64,000 nucleotides of DNA from Nocardioidaceae bacterium. GTDB lineage: Bacteria; Actinomycetota; Actinomycetes; Propionibacteriales; Nocardioidaceae. The notes below the pieces were generated by a model. It made no database searches. It was given only the letters and a program-made list of their open reading frames with translations, and had not been told where the DNA came from. The DNA lies in the NCBI GenBank assembly GCA_020636935.1, contig JACJWW010000010.1:10826-74825 (forward strand), written 5' to 3'. The position numbers and the translations under genes were made by a program. This document shows positions 19,739 to 30,462 of the stretch, piece by piece (position 1 is the first letter of the stretch; the number at the start of each line of letters is the position of its first letter).

Positions 19739-21153
19739 CCATGCAAAATGTCTTGGCCAGCCGCTATGCAGGGGCCGACCTTGCTGCGATCTGGTCGCCG
19801 GAGCACAAGATCGTCTTGGAGCGTCGGCTCTGGATCGCCGTACTCCGCGCTCAGCGTGACCTCGGCATCGAGGTTCCCCAGGCAGCCATCGACGCCTATG
19901 AGGCAGCGGTCGAGCAGGTCGACCTCGACTCGATCGCAGCGCGGGAGCGGATCACTCGCCACGACGTGAAGGCGCGCATCGAGGAGTTTGCCGCGATCGC
20001 CGGGCACGAGCAGATCCACAAGGGCATGACCTCTCGTGACTTGACTGAGAATGTCGAGCAATTGCAGGTCAAGCAATCACTGGAGTTGATCCGGCATCGA
20101 GTCGTCGCCACGCTGGCGCGGCTGGCGAGATTGGCCGCTGAGCACGAGACCACAGTGATGGCAGGTCGCTCACACAATGTCGCTGCCCAGGCCACCACGC
20201 TCGGCAAGCGCTTCGCCACGGTGGCCGACGAAATGCTGATCGCGCTCGATCGGCTCGATGATCTGATCGGTCGTTATCCCCTTCGGGGCATCAAGGGGCC
20301 GATGGGCACCGCTCAAGACATGCTCGACCTGCTCGATGGCGATGCCGCAAAGATGGCCGAGCTTGAGCGACGGGTCGCTGCTCACCTCGGTTTCGAGCAC
20401 GTGCTCACCTCGGTTGGCCAGGTCTATCCCCGCTCTCTCGACTTCGATGCGCTGTCGGCCTTGGTGCAGGTGATCGCGGGGCCGTCAAATCTGGCGACCA
20501 CGATCAGATTGATGGCGGGCATCGAGCTGGTCACAGAAGGCTTCAAGGAAGGGCAGGTCGGCTCATCGGCCATGCCCCACAAGATGAACACCCGATCGTG
20601 TGAGCGGGTCAACGGCTTGGCGGTGATCACTCGTGGCTATTTGTCGATGGTCGGGGAGTTGGCCGGTGACCAGTGGAACGAAGGCGATGTCTCGTGCTCC
20701 GTCGTACGCCGGGTGGCCCTTCCCGATGCCTTTTTCGCGGCCGATGGACTCTTCCAGACCTTCTTGACAGTCCTTGATGAGTTTGGCGCCTTCCCCGCGG
20801 TGATCCAGCGCGAACTCGACCGCTATCTGCCCTTCTTGAGCACGACCAAGGTGCTGATGGCCGCCGTACGTCGTGGCGTCGGCCGTGAACTTGCGCATGA
20901 AGCGATCAAGGAGCACGCCGTGGCGGTGGCCCTGGAGATGCGCCAAGGGCGTGCTGACAACGACCTCTTCGACCGGTTGGGCGGCGATGACCGTTTGGGG
21001 CTCACCCAGACGGAGATCGAGGCCTTGGTCAGCGAGCCACTGGAGTTCACCGGGGCTGCCAGGGCGCAGGTGCAAACGGTGGTGGCTCGCGTCGAGGGCG
21101 TGGTGAGTGCCGACCCGATAGGGGCGAAGTACACCCCAGGCGCAATTCTTTAG
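19735..21153 (+). CDS. purB: Adenylosuccinate lyase
   Basis: TRHDVKA, GSSAMPHKMN signature; ATG overlaps the purD stop. Confidence 0.96.
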   Translation: MTMQNVLASRYAGADLAAIWSPEHKIVLERRLWIAVLRAQRDLGIEVPQAAIDAYEAAVEQVDLDSIAARERITRHDVKARIEEFAAIAGHEQIHKGMTSRDLTENVEQLQVKQSLELIRHRVVATLARLARLAAEHETTVMAGRSHNVAAQATTLGKRFATVADEMLIALDRLDDLIGRYPLRGIKGPMGTAQDMLDLLDGDAAKMAELERRVAAHLGFEHVLTSVGQVYPRSLDFDALSALVQVIAGPSNLATTIRLMAGIELVTEGFKEGQVGSSAMPHKMNTRSCERVNGLAVITRGYLSMVGELAGDQWNEGDVSCSVVRRVALPDAFFAADGLFQTFLTVLDEFGAFPAVIQRELDRYLPFLSTTKVLMAAVRRGVGRELAHEAIKEHAVAVALEMRQGRADNDLFDRLGGDDRLGLTQTEIEALVSEPLEFTGAARAQVQTVVARVEGVVSADPIGAKYTPGAIL

Positions 21154-21294
21154 TTCGTTTTGTGGCGATTTGTCCGAATAGTCGGTAATCTAGTCTCAGT
21201 GGTGGCCTTCGAGTCATCATCCAGCGTGCAGCGTCCCCCTCCAGCCAAAGACCTGTTCGATGGATCAGACCCAACGTGTTGGCCGCCACGACTC

Positions 21295-21342
21295 AGCCCT
21301 TGGGTGGGACCGTGTTTCGGTGCGCGGTCCCACCGAAGGGCT
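21295..21342 (+). terminator. Long hairpin in purB-purC spacer
   Basis: agcccttgggtgggaccgtg...cgcggtcccaccgaagggct. Confidence 0.6.
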
Positions 21343-21371
21343 TCACCGTGTCGGCTTTGTAGGCTGCCGGT

Positions 21372-22259
21372 GTGCTGAACATCCCCCCTGCCCCTGAGCT
21401 TCCCGGCGCCAAGCACCTTCATTCAGGCAAGGTCCGCGACCTCTATTTGATGAATGACGGGCGCTTGCTGATGGTGGCCAGCGACCGGATCTCCGCCTAT
21501 GACCACGTCTTGGAGACCACGATCCCCGACAAGGGTGCGATCCTGACGCAGATGTCGCTGTGGTGGTTTGACCAGCTCGCAGATCTGGTGCCCAATCACG
21601 TCTTGTCAACCGACGTCCCCGACGATGTTGTCGGCAGGGCGGTGCTTTGTGAGCAACTCCAGATGTATCCCGTCGAGTGCGTGGCTCGTGGATATCTCAC
21701 CGGGTCTGGGCTGCTCGACTACCAAGACACCGGTGCGGTCTGTGGCATCGAGTTGCCAGCGGGGCTGGTCGAGGCGAGCCGACTTGAAGCCCCGATCTTC
21801 ACCCCTGCGACCAAGGCCGAGCTTGGTGATCATGACGAGAATGTCAGCTATGACGCAGTGGTCGAGGAAGTGGGTAGTGAAGTGGCACAGCGCCTGCGTG
21901 AGTTGACCTTGGCGGTCTATGGCCGAGCCGAAGGGATCGCGCGTGAGCGGGGGATCATCCTGGCTGACACGAAGTTTGAGTTCGGGGCCCGTCAAGACGG
22001 CACGATCGTGCTTGCCGATGAAGTGCTCACCCCAGACAGCAGCAGGTTTTGGCCAGCCGCCGATTGGCAGCCCGGTCAGGTGCAGGCCTCCTATGACAAA
22101 CAGATAGTGCGCAACTGGCTCACCTCGCCTGAGTCAGGCTGGGACAAGGCATCCGACCAGCCGCCACCGCCGCTGCCCGATGAAGTCGTCGAGCGCACTC
22201 GGGCACGGTATTTGGAGGCATACGAACTTCTCACAGGTCAAACCTTCAAAAGCTCCTGA
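21372..22259 (+). CDS. purC: SAICAR synthetase
   Basis: [36 protein letters not shown]. Confidence 0.97.
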   Translation: MLNIPPAPELPGAKHLHSGKVRDLYLMNDGRLLMVASDRISAYDHVLETTIPDKGAILTQMSLWWFDQLADLVPNHVLSTDVPDDVVGRAVLCEQLQMYPVECVARGYLTGSGLLDYQDTGAVCGIELPAGLVEASRLEAPIFTPATKAELGDHDENVSYDAVVEEVGSEVAQRLRELTLAVYGRAEGIARERGIILADTKFEFGARQDGTIVLADEVLTPDSSRFWPAADWQPGQVQASYDKQIVRNWLTSPESGWDKASDQPPPPLPDEVVERTRARYLEAYELLTGQTFKSS

Positions 22260-22306
22260 CTTGCGAGTAGGTTGGCCAAGTCCGGAGTCAGCTAGATGGA
22301 GGCACC

Positions 22307-23854
22307 TTGTTCAACCTCTCGGTCTTCTTGGAAGACAGCGCCCGCAACTACCCAACTCGCGACGCCATCGTCTTTGGCGACATGCGACTCAACTACCAAA
22401 TGGTCAATGGTGCCGCCAACCAAGTGGCCAACCTGTTGGTCTCCAAAGGCATCCAGCCTGGGGACAAGGTGGCCTTGACCTGCGCCAACCTGCCCTACTT
22501 CCCGATCATCTATTACGGCATCCTCAAGGCCGGCGCTGTGGTGGTGCCGCTCAATGTGCTCAACAAGGCTCGGGAAAACGCCTATTACCTTGAGGATTCG
22601 GGAGCCAAGGCCTACTTCTGTTTCGAGGGCACTCCTGACCTGCCGATGGGCAAGGAAGGCAAGGAAGGTTTCGATGCCGCACCCGGCTGCACTGACTTCT
22701 TCTTGATCACCGTTGACCCTGCAGCTGCGCCCGAAGGTGTCACGACTTTTGGGCAGGCCACCAAGGATCAATCCCCAGTCTTCGAGAGCTATCTGGGCCA
22801 AGAAAACGAAACCGCCGTCATCCTCTACACCTCGGGTACGACGGGACAACCCAAGGGCGCCGAGCTCACCCACTCAAACCTGGTGATGAATGCACTCGTT
22901 TGCAATCGCTTGCACGAGAGCAAGATCGCTGATGAAGTCCACCTGATCACGCTGCCGTTGTTCCACTCCTTCGGCTCCACCGTGCAGATGAATGCCGGCT
23001 TTGCGGTGGCCGCCACCTTGGTGTTGCTGCCCCGTTTCGACGGTGAGCAGGCCTTGCGGTTGATGGAGAAGGAACAAGTCAGCATCTTCGCTGGCGTGCC
23101 AACCATGTGGTGGGGCCTGCTGGGTGCGATCCAAGAACACCAAGACATAGACGTCTCCAAGATCGCTGGCAACCTGCGCAAGGGTCTGTCTGGGGGTGCC
23201 TCGTTGCCGGTGGAGATCATCAAGGACGTCCAGGCCAAGCTCGGGGTCACCATCCTGGAGGGCTATGGCCTTTCCGAAACCGCTCCGGTGGCCACCTTCA
23301 GCGACCCCTACCAGGATCCGCGTCCCGGCTCGATCGGGATCCCGATCTTCGGGGTCGAGGTGAAACTGATCAACGACGACTGGTCCACGGTTGAGGGCGC
23401 GGACAATATCGGCGAGATCGCGATCCGCGGCCACAACATCATGAAGGGCTACCTCAACCGGCCAGAGGCAACTGCTGAGGTGATGAAGGACGGCTGGTTC
23501 CGTACCGGCGACCTGGCCCGCCGTGATGAGGACGGTTTCTACTACATCGTGGACCGGTCCAAGGACATGATCATTCGCGGTGGCTACAACGTCTACCCGC
23601 GAGAGATCGAGGAAGTCCTGATGACCCACCCGGATGTCTCGCTGGCCGCAGTGGTCGGCGTACCCCATGACAGCCACGGTGAGGAGGTCAAGGCGTTCAT
23701 CATCAAGAACCCCGGCGCGACCATCACCGAGGACGAACTGATCGCCTGGGGCAAGGAGCAGATGGCGTCCTACAAGTATCCACGCATCGTGGAGTTCAAG
23801 GACGCCCTTCCGATGACCGCGACCGGCAAGATCCTCAAGCGCGAACTGATTTAG
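22307..23854 (+). CDS. Long-chain fatty acid-CoA ligase
   Basis: YTSGTTGQPKG, EGYGLSET, RTGDL, TATGKI. Confidence 0.92.
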   Translation: MFNLSVFLEDSARNYPTRDAIVFGDMRLNYQMVNGAANQVANLLVSKGIQPGDKVALTCANLPYFPIIYYGILKAGAVVVPLNVLNKARENAYYLEDSGAKAYFCFEGTPDLPMGKEGKEGFDAAPGCTDFFLITVDPAAAPEGVTTFGQATKDQSPVFESYLGQENETAVILYTSGTTGQPKGAELTHSNLVMNALVCNRLHESKIADEVHLITLPLFHSFGSTVQMNAGFAVAATLVLLPRFDGEQALRLMEKEQVSIFAGVPTMWWGLLGAIQEHQDIDVSKIAGNLRKGLSGGASLPVEIIKDVQAKLGVTILEGYGLSETAPVATFSDPYQDPRPGSIGIPIFGVEVKLINDDWSTVEGADNIGEIAIRGHNIMKGYLNRPEATAEVMKDGWFRTGDLARRDEDGFYYIVDRSKDMIIRGGYNVYPREIEEVLMTHPDVSLAAVVGVPHDSHGEEVKAFIIKNPGATITEDELIAWGKEQMASYKYPRIVEFKDALPMTATGKILKRELI

Positions 23855-24372
23855 GCAAAGGGATTCGGCAACGCGCCGGGCAGATCCGCCAGCAGAGTGC
23901 GGGCCTGTCCGGCGTGTTTGTGCTCGACCAGCACCTCGTACTTCGTGGCGACGACCTGCTGGATCGAGCTGAAGTCGCGACGCCCCCGGGTCATCGCATA
24001 GCCCACGAGGGCGAAAATCAGGCCGAAGGCGGCGCCCATCAACATGGTGGTGCCGATGATCTGGAATGACTCGCCCTTGGTGAACATCGAGAAGATCAGG
24101 CCGATGAACAGGCCCATCCACAGGCCGCTGATCACCCCACCGAGAGCTACCTTGCCGGTGGTGAGGCGCCCGGTGATCCGTTCGATCTGCTTGAGGTCAG
24201 TGCCCACGATCATGCAGTTCTGGACCGGGAACTCCTTGTCGGAAAGGTAGTCAACGGTGCGCTGCGCGTCGGCGTACTTGTCGTAGACGGCCAGCGACTG
24301 GGGGAACTCAAGGGACAGCAACGAGTTGGCATCGAGCCCGGGTGCCATCCGGGGATTGTTGAACTGCGACAT
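23851..24372 (-). CDS. General stress protein / YflT-like membrane protein
   Basis: AQRTVDYLSDKEFPV...IERITGRLT plus two TMs, RRDFSS. Confidence 0.75.
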   Translation of the reverse strand: MSQFNNPRMAPGLDANSLLSLEFPQSLAVYDKYADAQRTVDYLSDKEFPVQNCMIVGTDLKQIERITGRLTTGKVALGGVISGLWMGLFIGLIFSMFTKGESFQIIGTTMLMGAAFGLIFALVGYAMTRGRRDFSSIQQVVATKYEVLVEHKHAGQARTLLADLPGALPNPFA

Positions 24373-24492
24373 GACTCAACTGTGCCAGTGCGCTGGTTGC
24401 CGACACCACGGGGGTGGAGAGGGACCAGCGGCCATTAGACTGGTGCCGTCCACCAAGCTGACCCCCATTTGGGGCTCAATCCAGGAGTGCCT

Positions 24493-24738
24493 GTGGCCCG
24501 CGTAGTAGTCGACGTCATGCCGAAACCCGAGATCCTTGACCCCCAGGGCAAGGCGGTGCAGGGTGCCCTGCCGCGGCTTGGCTTCACCGGGGTGGTGGAG
24601 GTTCGTCAGGGCAAGCGCTTCGAGATCGAGCTCGAGGGTGAGGCCACCGCGGAGCGCCTTGACGACGTACGCCGGATGGCGGAGACGCTGCTTTCCAACC
24701 CGGTGATCGAGGATTTCGAAGTACGGGTGCTGCCGTGA
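24493..24738 (+). CDS. purS: FGAM synthase subunit PurS
   Basis: [25 protein letters not shown]. Confidence 0.96.
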   Translation: MARVVVDVMPKPEILDPQGKAVQGALPRLGFTGVVEVRQGKRFEIELEGEATAERLDDVRRMAETLLSNPVIEDFEVRVLP

Positions 24739-25403
24739 GGATCGGGGTGGTCACCTTCCCCGGATCCCTGGACGAAGTCGATGCGGCCCGGGCGATCGAG
24801 TTGGCCGGTGGCGAGGCAGTCGGGCTGTGGCACGGCGATGCCGACCTCAAGGGAGTCGATGCAGTGCTCCTGCCCGGTGGCTTCTCCTACGGCGACTACC
24901 TGCGCTGCGGTGCGATCGCTCGATTTGCGCCGGTGATGTCCCAGGTGATCGCCAGGGCCGGTGAGGGGATGCCGGTGCTGGGCATCTGCAATGGCTTCCA
25001 GATCCTGTGCGAGTCACACCTGCTGCCCGGAGCCCTGATCCGCAACGACCACCGCAAGTTCGGTTGCCTGGATCAGCGCGTCGTGATTCGCAACAACACC
25101 ACTCCCTGGACCAATGCCTACGAGGTTGATCAGGAGATCACCATCGTGCTCAAGAATGGCGAGGGTTCCTACGTCGCCGACGAGGACACCCTGGACCGAC
25201 TCGAGGGGGAGGGCCGGGTGGTGGCGACGTACGTCGGAAATCCGAATGGCTCCCTGCGTCAGATCGCCGGCGTCACCAATGAGCGCGGCAATGTGGTGGG
25301 CCTGATGCCGCACCCCGAGCACGCGGTCGAGGACCTCTGCGGTCCCGGCACCGACGGTCTGGGATTCTTCACCTCGGTGCTGGGCTCGCTCGCAGCAAGC
25401 TGA
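24735..25403 (+). CDS. purQ: FGAM synthase glutaminase subunit
   Basis: [26 protein letters not shown]. Confidence 0.96.
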   Translation: MRIGVVTFPGSLDEVDAARAIELAGGEAVGLWHGDADLKGVDAVLLPGGFSYGDYLRCGAIARFAPVMSQVIARAGEGMPVLGICNGFQILCESHLLPGALIRNDHRKFGCLDQRVVIRNNTTPWTNAYEVDQEITIVLKNGEGSYVADEDTLDRLEGEGRVVATYVGNPNGSLRQIAGVTNERGNVVGLMPHPEHAVEDLCGPGTDGLGFFTSVLGSLAAS

Positions 25404-25462
25404 AGCAGCAGGCCACTGAATCCAGCCTGGGCGGGTGAACTACTGCCGCCTCGGCGTGGGGG

Positions 25463-26659
25463 TCAGCGCGGAGGTGAGGTACGGGCGTTGGCGACCAGGC
25501 CGAGTTGGACCCGCAGCACCCACCAATCGGCGCGCGAGAAGCGACGCTGCACGCGGTGATTGGTGGCGCGCTGGAAGTTCTGCACCGACCCGGTGGTGAC
25601 CCGACCCCAGTACCCGGTGGGCTCGACGCTGAAATAGCCCAGCAGCTTCAGCCCACATTGCAGCGGCTTGATCATCCGGCGGTGCCTCCTGGGGCCGGTG
25701 ACCGGGTACCTCGCCCGCATCACGGTTTGTTTGGAGCAGGTCGAGGAGATGTTCTTCACCGTCGGAGTGCTCACTCCGCCCAACTGCAGGTAGTTGTTAT
25801 CGATATTGATGGTCACTCCACCCCAGGTCTCGTTGTGGCCACCGCGGTACTGGTGCACCCGAGCGCTGGGCACCCACCCGTCGGGACGGACGTACTTGGA
25901 GTTGGCATCAGCCACGCCATTCCAATCGGCGATCCACAAGATGTCCGGCATGGTGATCGTGTTGCCCGGCGTGACCCGGGCGTTGTCCAACAACTTGATG
26001 CCAGAGCCACCCGAGGAGTAGACCCCCGAGGTGTAGCCATTGGCGTGCAACTGCTCGGTGAAGGCGCCCAACATTGCCAGCGCGGAGCCATTGCAGGATG
26101 CGCTGGCGTTGATATTCCAGGCCTCCAGGTCATAGAAAATGGTGCTGCCACGACTGAGCCCAAGTGCTTGGGAGGCGGCGGTGGCGATATTTGCCTCGTT
26201 GACACCCTGCGCGCGAGCTGCGGCGTAGTTGTTGGCCGGGCTGGACTTGATCACGCCCTCTTGCAGGTATCGGGTCCTGGTGGTGCAGGAGGCCTGTACG
26301 CCGAGATGGATCGGCAACAGCTTCCAGCCCTTGGCCAACTGCGTGGCCACCCAGGTCGGGGTCAGGTTGGGTTGTGCCTTGCAGGCCCGGGACTGTCCGG
26401 ACTGGTAGATGCCCACGGCTCGGTACGGCGACTTGGCCAGCCAGGCATCCATCGCGGCCTGGGTGGGTGCGTTGCACTGGTCGAAACCCTTGCCGGTGAA
26501 GGCTCCGGGCGTGACCGGATTGCCCGCCGCGGGACGTGCTGGGGCGCTCGGTGCTGCGGCTGCCGGTGGCAGGAGCAGCAGGCTGGCCAGCATGGCGATT
26601 GCGGCGGCGTACACCAGGGCAGCGCGGCCGGTCTGGCGGCCGGTTGCGTGGGGAAGCAT
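25463..26659 (-). CDS. Secreted DUF1906 (GH25-like) putative peptidoglycan hydrolase with C-terminal PG-binding-like domain
   Basis: Signal peptide; GFDQC, YRAVGIY, IFYDLE, HQYRGGHNETWGGVTINID; C-terminal PLQCGL..LGY...TGYWG..T...V.NFQ. Confidence 0.8.
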   Translation of the reverse strand: MLPHATGRQTGRAALVYAAAIAMLASLLLLPPAAAAPSAPARPAAGNPVTPGAFTGKGFDQCNAPTQAAMDAWLAKSPYRAVGIYQSGQSRACKAQPNLTPTWVATQLAKGWKLLPIHLGVQASCTTRTRYLQEGVIKSSPANNYAAARAQGVNEANIATAASQALGLSRGSTIFYDLEAWNINASASCNGSALAMLGAFTEQLHANGYTSGVYSSGGSGIKLLDNARVTPGNTITMPDILWIADWNGVADANSKYVRPDGWVPSARVHQYRGGHNETWGGVTINIDNNYLQLGGVSTPTVKNISSTCSKQTVMRARYPVTGPRRHRRMIKPLQCGLKLLGYFSVEPTGYWGRVTTGSVQNFQRATNHRVQRRFSRADWWVLRVQLGLVANARTSPPR

Positions 26660-26828
26660 GGGTCTTCCTAACCTGTTGGCAATTCGTGGACCGCGCCACC
26701 TTAACCACATTCGTCACACCCGTAACAGGGGATTTCACTAACTACAAATGTGTAGTTTGTCGGAGTGCCTGGTCGCTGACCGTGACCGTTTCGAGGCTGG
26801 CGCACCCGGCTCACTAGACTCGGGCAGC

Positions 26829-29072
26829 GTGAGCCTGGATACCGTCGCCGCAGCCGCCCTTGATCCCGATCGTGCGCAGCCCTGGGCTGAACTCGGCCTC
26901 AAGGAGGATGAGTACGACCGGATCCGGGAGATCCTGGGCCGTCGCCCCACGGCCAGTGAACTGGCAATGTATTCGGTGATGTGGAGTGAGCACTGCTCCT
27001 ACAAGTCCTCCAAGGTGCATCTGAAGCAGTTCTCGGAGATCCCGCAGGAAACCGTGGCTGGCAAGATGCTGGCCGGCATTGGCGAGAACGCCGGTGTGAT
27101 CGACATCGGGCAGGGTTATGCGGTCACCTTCAAGGTGGAGAGCCACAACCACCCCTCATATGTGGAGCCATATCAGGGCGCAGCGACCGGGGTTGGTGGG
27201 ATCGTGCGTGACATCCTCGCGATGGGTGCGCGGCCGGTGGCGGTGATGGATCCGCTGCGGTTCGGGCCGCTTGACGCCGAGGACACTCATCGAGTGCTGC
27301 CCGGGATCGTGGCCGGAGTGGGTGGCTATGGCAACTGCCTCGGCCTGCCCAATATTGGCGGCGAGGCGGTCTTTGATGAGACCTACCTGGGCAACCCGCT
27401 GGTCAATGCGCTGTGCGTCGGCGTACTGCGTCATGAGGACCTGCATCTGGCCAAGGCGTCCGGGGTCGGCAACAAGGTCATCCTGTACGGCGCCCGCACC
27501 GGCGGCGATGGCATTGGCGGGGTGTCGATCCTGGCCAGCGAAACCTTTGACGAAGAGGGCCCGGCAAAGCGACCCAGCGTCCAGGTCGGCGACCCGTTCA
27601 TGGAGAAACTGCTGATCGAATGCACCCTGGAGTTATTCCGGGCCGAACTCATCTCCGGTATCCAGGACCTCGGTGGCGCCGGCCTTTCGTGTGCCACCTC
27701 CGAACTGGCCTCGGCCGGTGATGGCGGCATGAGCGTGGAACTCGACACGGTGCCTCTTCGCGATCAGACCCTGTCTCCGGAGGAGATCCTGATGAGTGAG
27801 TCCCAGGAGCGGATGATGGCGGTCGTGGAGCCGGACGATGTGGCGGCGTTCCTGGAGATCTGCCAGAAGTGGGATGTTGAGGCAGTGGTGATTGGTGAGG
27901 TCACCGACAGCGGACGGTTGTCGATCACCTGGCATGGTGAGGAGGTGGTCAACGTGCCACCCCGCTCGGTGGCTCATGATGGCCCGACCTATCACCGGCC
28001 CTATGCCCGGCCGGACTGGCAGGATGCGTTGCAGGCCGATGGTGCCGAGAAACTGGCCCGGCCGACTTCGGGCGCCGAACTGCGGGAGACCTTGTTGCGT
28101 CTGGTGGCCTCCCCGAACCTGTGCGATCGCTCCTGGGTCACCGATCAGTACGACCGCTACGTGCAGGGCAACACGGTGCTTGCCCAACCCAGCGACGCCG
28201 GAATGATCCGGGTTGATGACCAGACCAACCTGGGGGTGGCGGTCTCCACCGACTGCAATGGCCGCTTCGCCAAACTCGACCCCTATACCGGCGCTCAATT
28301 AGCGCTGGCGGAGTCGTACCGAAACGTATCGGCATCGGGGGCCACGCCGTTGGCGATCAGCGACTGTCTGAACTTCGGCTCCCCCGAGGATCCCGCGGTG
28401 ATGTGGCAGTTCGCCCAGGCCTGCAACGGACTCAAGGACGCCTGTCTGGAACTCGGCATCCCGGTAACTGGCGGCAATGTCTCGCTGTACAACCAGACCG
28501 GCGACACCGCGATCCTGCCCACTCCGGTAGTGGCCGTGCTCGGCGTGATCGAGGACGTCACCAAGCGCACCCCCACCGGTTTCCAGGCTGAGGGCGAGCA
28601 GGTCTACCTGCTGGGTGAGACCCGCGCGGAGTTCTCCGGTGGCGAGTGGGCACACGTCGTACATGGGCACCTGGGGGGGCTGCCACCGAAGCTGGATCTG
28701 GCGGCAGAGAAGGCGCTCTCGCAGCTCTTGATCGCGGCGGCTGGCACGATCTCCTCAGCGCACGACCTCTCCGATGGTGGCCTGGCCCAGGCGTTGGCGG
28801 AGTCCTGCCTGCGCAATGACATCGGTGTCGAGGTGGCCCTTTCCGGAGACGCCTTCGAGCAGTTGTTCAGCGAGTCCGCGTCGCGTTGTCTGGTGAGTGT
28901 GACCCCTGAAGCCGAGTCGAAGCTGTTGGAGCTGGCCGCAGCACACGGCGTACCCGTGGCGAAGCTCGGTCGCACCCACGGCGGCGCGCTCGCCGTGGCG
29001 TCGTACTTTGAGGTGCCGCTGGCCGAGCTCCGCTCCGCTTGGGCCGGGACCCTCCCCCAGGCGCTCGGGTGA
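26829..29072 (+). CDS. purL: FGAM synthase subunit PurL
   Basis: [27 protein letters not shown]. Confidence 0.97.
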   Translation: MSLDTVAAAALDPDRAQPWAELGLKEDEYDRIREILGRRPTASELAMYSVMWSEHCSYKSSKVHLKQFSEIPQETVAGKMLAGIGENAGVIDIGQGYAVTFKVESHNHPSYVEPYQGAATGVGGIVRDILAMGARPVAVMDPLRFGPLDAEDTHRVLPGIVAGVGGYGNCLGLPNIGGEAVFDETYLGNPLVNALCVGVLRHEDLHLAKASGVGNKVILYGARTGGDGIGGVSILASETFDEEGPAKRPSVQVGDPFMEKLLIECTLELFRAELISGIQDLGGAGLSCATSELASAGDGGMSVELDTVPLRDQTLSPEEILMSESQERMMAVVEPDDVAAFLEICQKWDVEAVVIGEVTDSGRLSITWHGEEVVNVPPRSVAHDGPTYHRPYARPDWQDALQADGAEKLARPTSGAELRETLLRLVASPNLCDRSWVTDQYDRYVQGNTVLAQPSDAGMIRVDDQTNLGVAVSTDCNGRFAKLDPYTGAQLALAESYRNVSASGATPLAISDCLNFGSPEDPAVMWQFAQACNGLKDACLELGIPVTGGNVSLYNQTGDTAILPTPVVAVLGVIEDVTKRTPTGFQAEGEQVYLLGETRAEFSGGEWAHVVHGHLGGLPPKLDLAAEKALSQLLIAAAGTISSAHDLSDGGLAQALAESCLRNDIGVEVALSGDAFEQLFSESASRCLVSVTPEAESKLLELAAAHGVPVAKLGRTHGGALAVASYFEVPLAELRSAWAGTLPQALG

Positions 29073-29099
29073 TGGGATTCGGTTTCCCAAGTGCACTTG

Positions 29100-30373
29100 G
29101 GTGGTTTCTAGTTCCTAGTGCAACGCCTTGTTGTTGGAGGTGTTGTGGGATGCCGCATGGTGTTGTGGTTCTTGGTGGTGTTCGTGATCAGGTTTGGGCT
29201 GGGGTTCGGGCTGGGTTGCATTTGCGGGTGGCTGCTGAGTCGGTTGGTGTGTCGTATGACGCGGCGCGGTTGTGGCTTCGTGATTGTGGTGGGGTGATTC
29301 CTCCTGCTTCGCGTGCTGGTCGTGTTGGTTGTTCTTATCGTCGGTTGAGTGTTGTTGATCGTGAGACGATCGGGTTGAGGTTGGCATCCGGGTGGTCGTT
29401 GAGTCGGATTGCTGATGAGCTTGGGGTGCATCGGTCCACGGTTAGTCGTGAGATTGCTCGGCATTCGTCGGTGTCTGGTGAGTATCGGCCGTTGACTGCT
29501 CAGGCTCGTGCTGAGGCTGTGGCTAGTTCTTCTCATTGCAGGCCTCGGAAGTTGTCTGTGCCTGGGAAGTTGCGTAGTTATGTGGTGGCTGGGTTGAAGC
29601 AGGATTGGTCTCCGCAGGAGATTTCGGCGAGGTTGCGTTTGGATCATCCAGATGATCCGGTTATGCGTGTGAGTGCTGAGACGATCTATCAGTCGTTGTT
29701 TGTGCAGACCCGTGGGTCATTGAAGCAGGAACTGACCAAGCATTTACGCACTCAACGCACCAGGCGACGGTCCCAGACCGCTCGTCAGGAAGCTGCCCAG
29801 TGTGGTCGGGGTCGGTTGGCGGGTGCGATCTCGATCAGTCAACGACCTGCCGAAGCACAAGACCGGGCTGTTCCAGGCCATTGGGAAGGTGATCTGATCA
29901 TCGGCGCGAACAACGCCTCAGCGATCGGGACCCTGGTTGAACGCACTACCCGTTTCGTGATGTTGATCCATCTACCAGGCCCACGCACCGCTGAAGAGCT
30001 CTACCGGGCACTGACCCCAACCATCGCCGCGTTACCTGACCAACTACGCCGCTCACTCACCTGGGACAACGGCAAAGAAATGAGCATGCATCACCGCATC
30101 TCCATGGAAGCCAACATGCCCATCTACTTCGCTGACCCCCGCAGCCCCTGGCAACGAGGCAGCAACGAAAACACCAACGGGCTATTGCGCCAGTACTTCC
30201 CCAAAGGCACCAGCCTGCGCCGATACACGCCACAAGACCTCGACAACGTCGCCACCAAACTCAACGGACGCCCCCGCAAAACCCTCAACTGGAAAACCCC
30301 AGCCGAAGCTCTAAATGACATACTCGGACAACCATTCGAAAAAACGGTGTTGCACTAGCGCCTAGACCACACC
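29100..30373 (+). mobile_element. Complete IS30-family insertion sequence (1274 bp)
   Basis: Imperfect 28-bp terminal IRs (29100-29127 ggtggtttctagttcctagtgcaacgcc vs reverse complement of 30346-30373, 21/28 identical); flanking TTG duplication at 29097-29099 and 30374-30376. Confidence 0.92.
29150..30358 (+). CDS. IS30 family transposase
   Basis: HTH (LSRIADELGVHRSTVSREI), WSPQEIS, GHWEGDLI, LTWDNGKEM, RGSNENTNGLLRQYFPKG (DDE triad). Confidence 0.95.
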   Translation: MPHGVVVLGGVRDQVWAGVRAGLHLRVAAESVGVSYDAARLWLRDCGGVIPPASRAGRVGCSYRRLSVVDRETIGLRLASGWSLSRIADELGVHRSTVSREIARHSSVSGEYRPLTAQARAEAVASSSHCRPRKLSVPGKLRSYVVAGLKQDWSPQEISARLRLDHPDDPVMRVSAETIYQSLFVQTRGSLKQELTKHLRTQRTRRRSQTARQEAAQCGRGRLAGAISISQRPAEAQDRAVPGHWEGDLIIGANNASAIGTLVERTTRFVMLIHLPGPRTAEELYRALTPTIAALPDQLRRSLTWDNGKEMSMHHRISMEANMPIYFADPRSPWQRGSNENTNGLLRQYFPKGTSLRRYTPQDLDNVATKLNGRPRKTLNWKTPAEALNDILGQPFEKTVLH

Positions 30374-30418
30374 TTGGGAAACCAGAGCTGCCAATGGTCT
30401 GCAGACCGTTGTTGGTTA

Positions 30419-30446
30419 CGGTTTCCCAAGTGCACTTGGGAAACCG
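30419..30446. repeat. Perfect 28-bp palindrome (REP-like); a second copy starting at 29080 is split by the IS30
   Basis: cggtttcccaagtgcacttgggaaaccg; split copy is 29080-29099 plus 30377-30383. Confidence 0.9.
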
Positions 30447-30462
30447 ACGGGGTTGCTGACCA

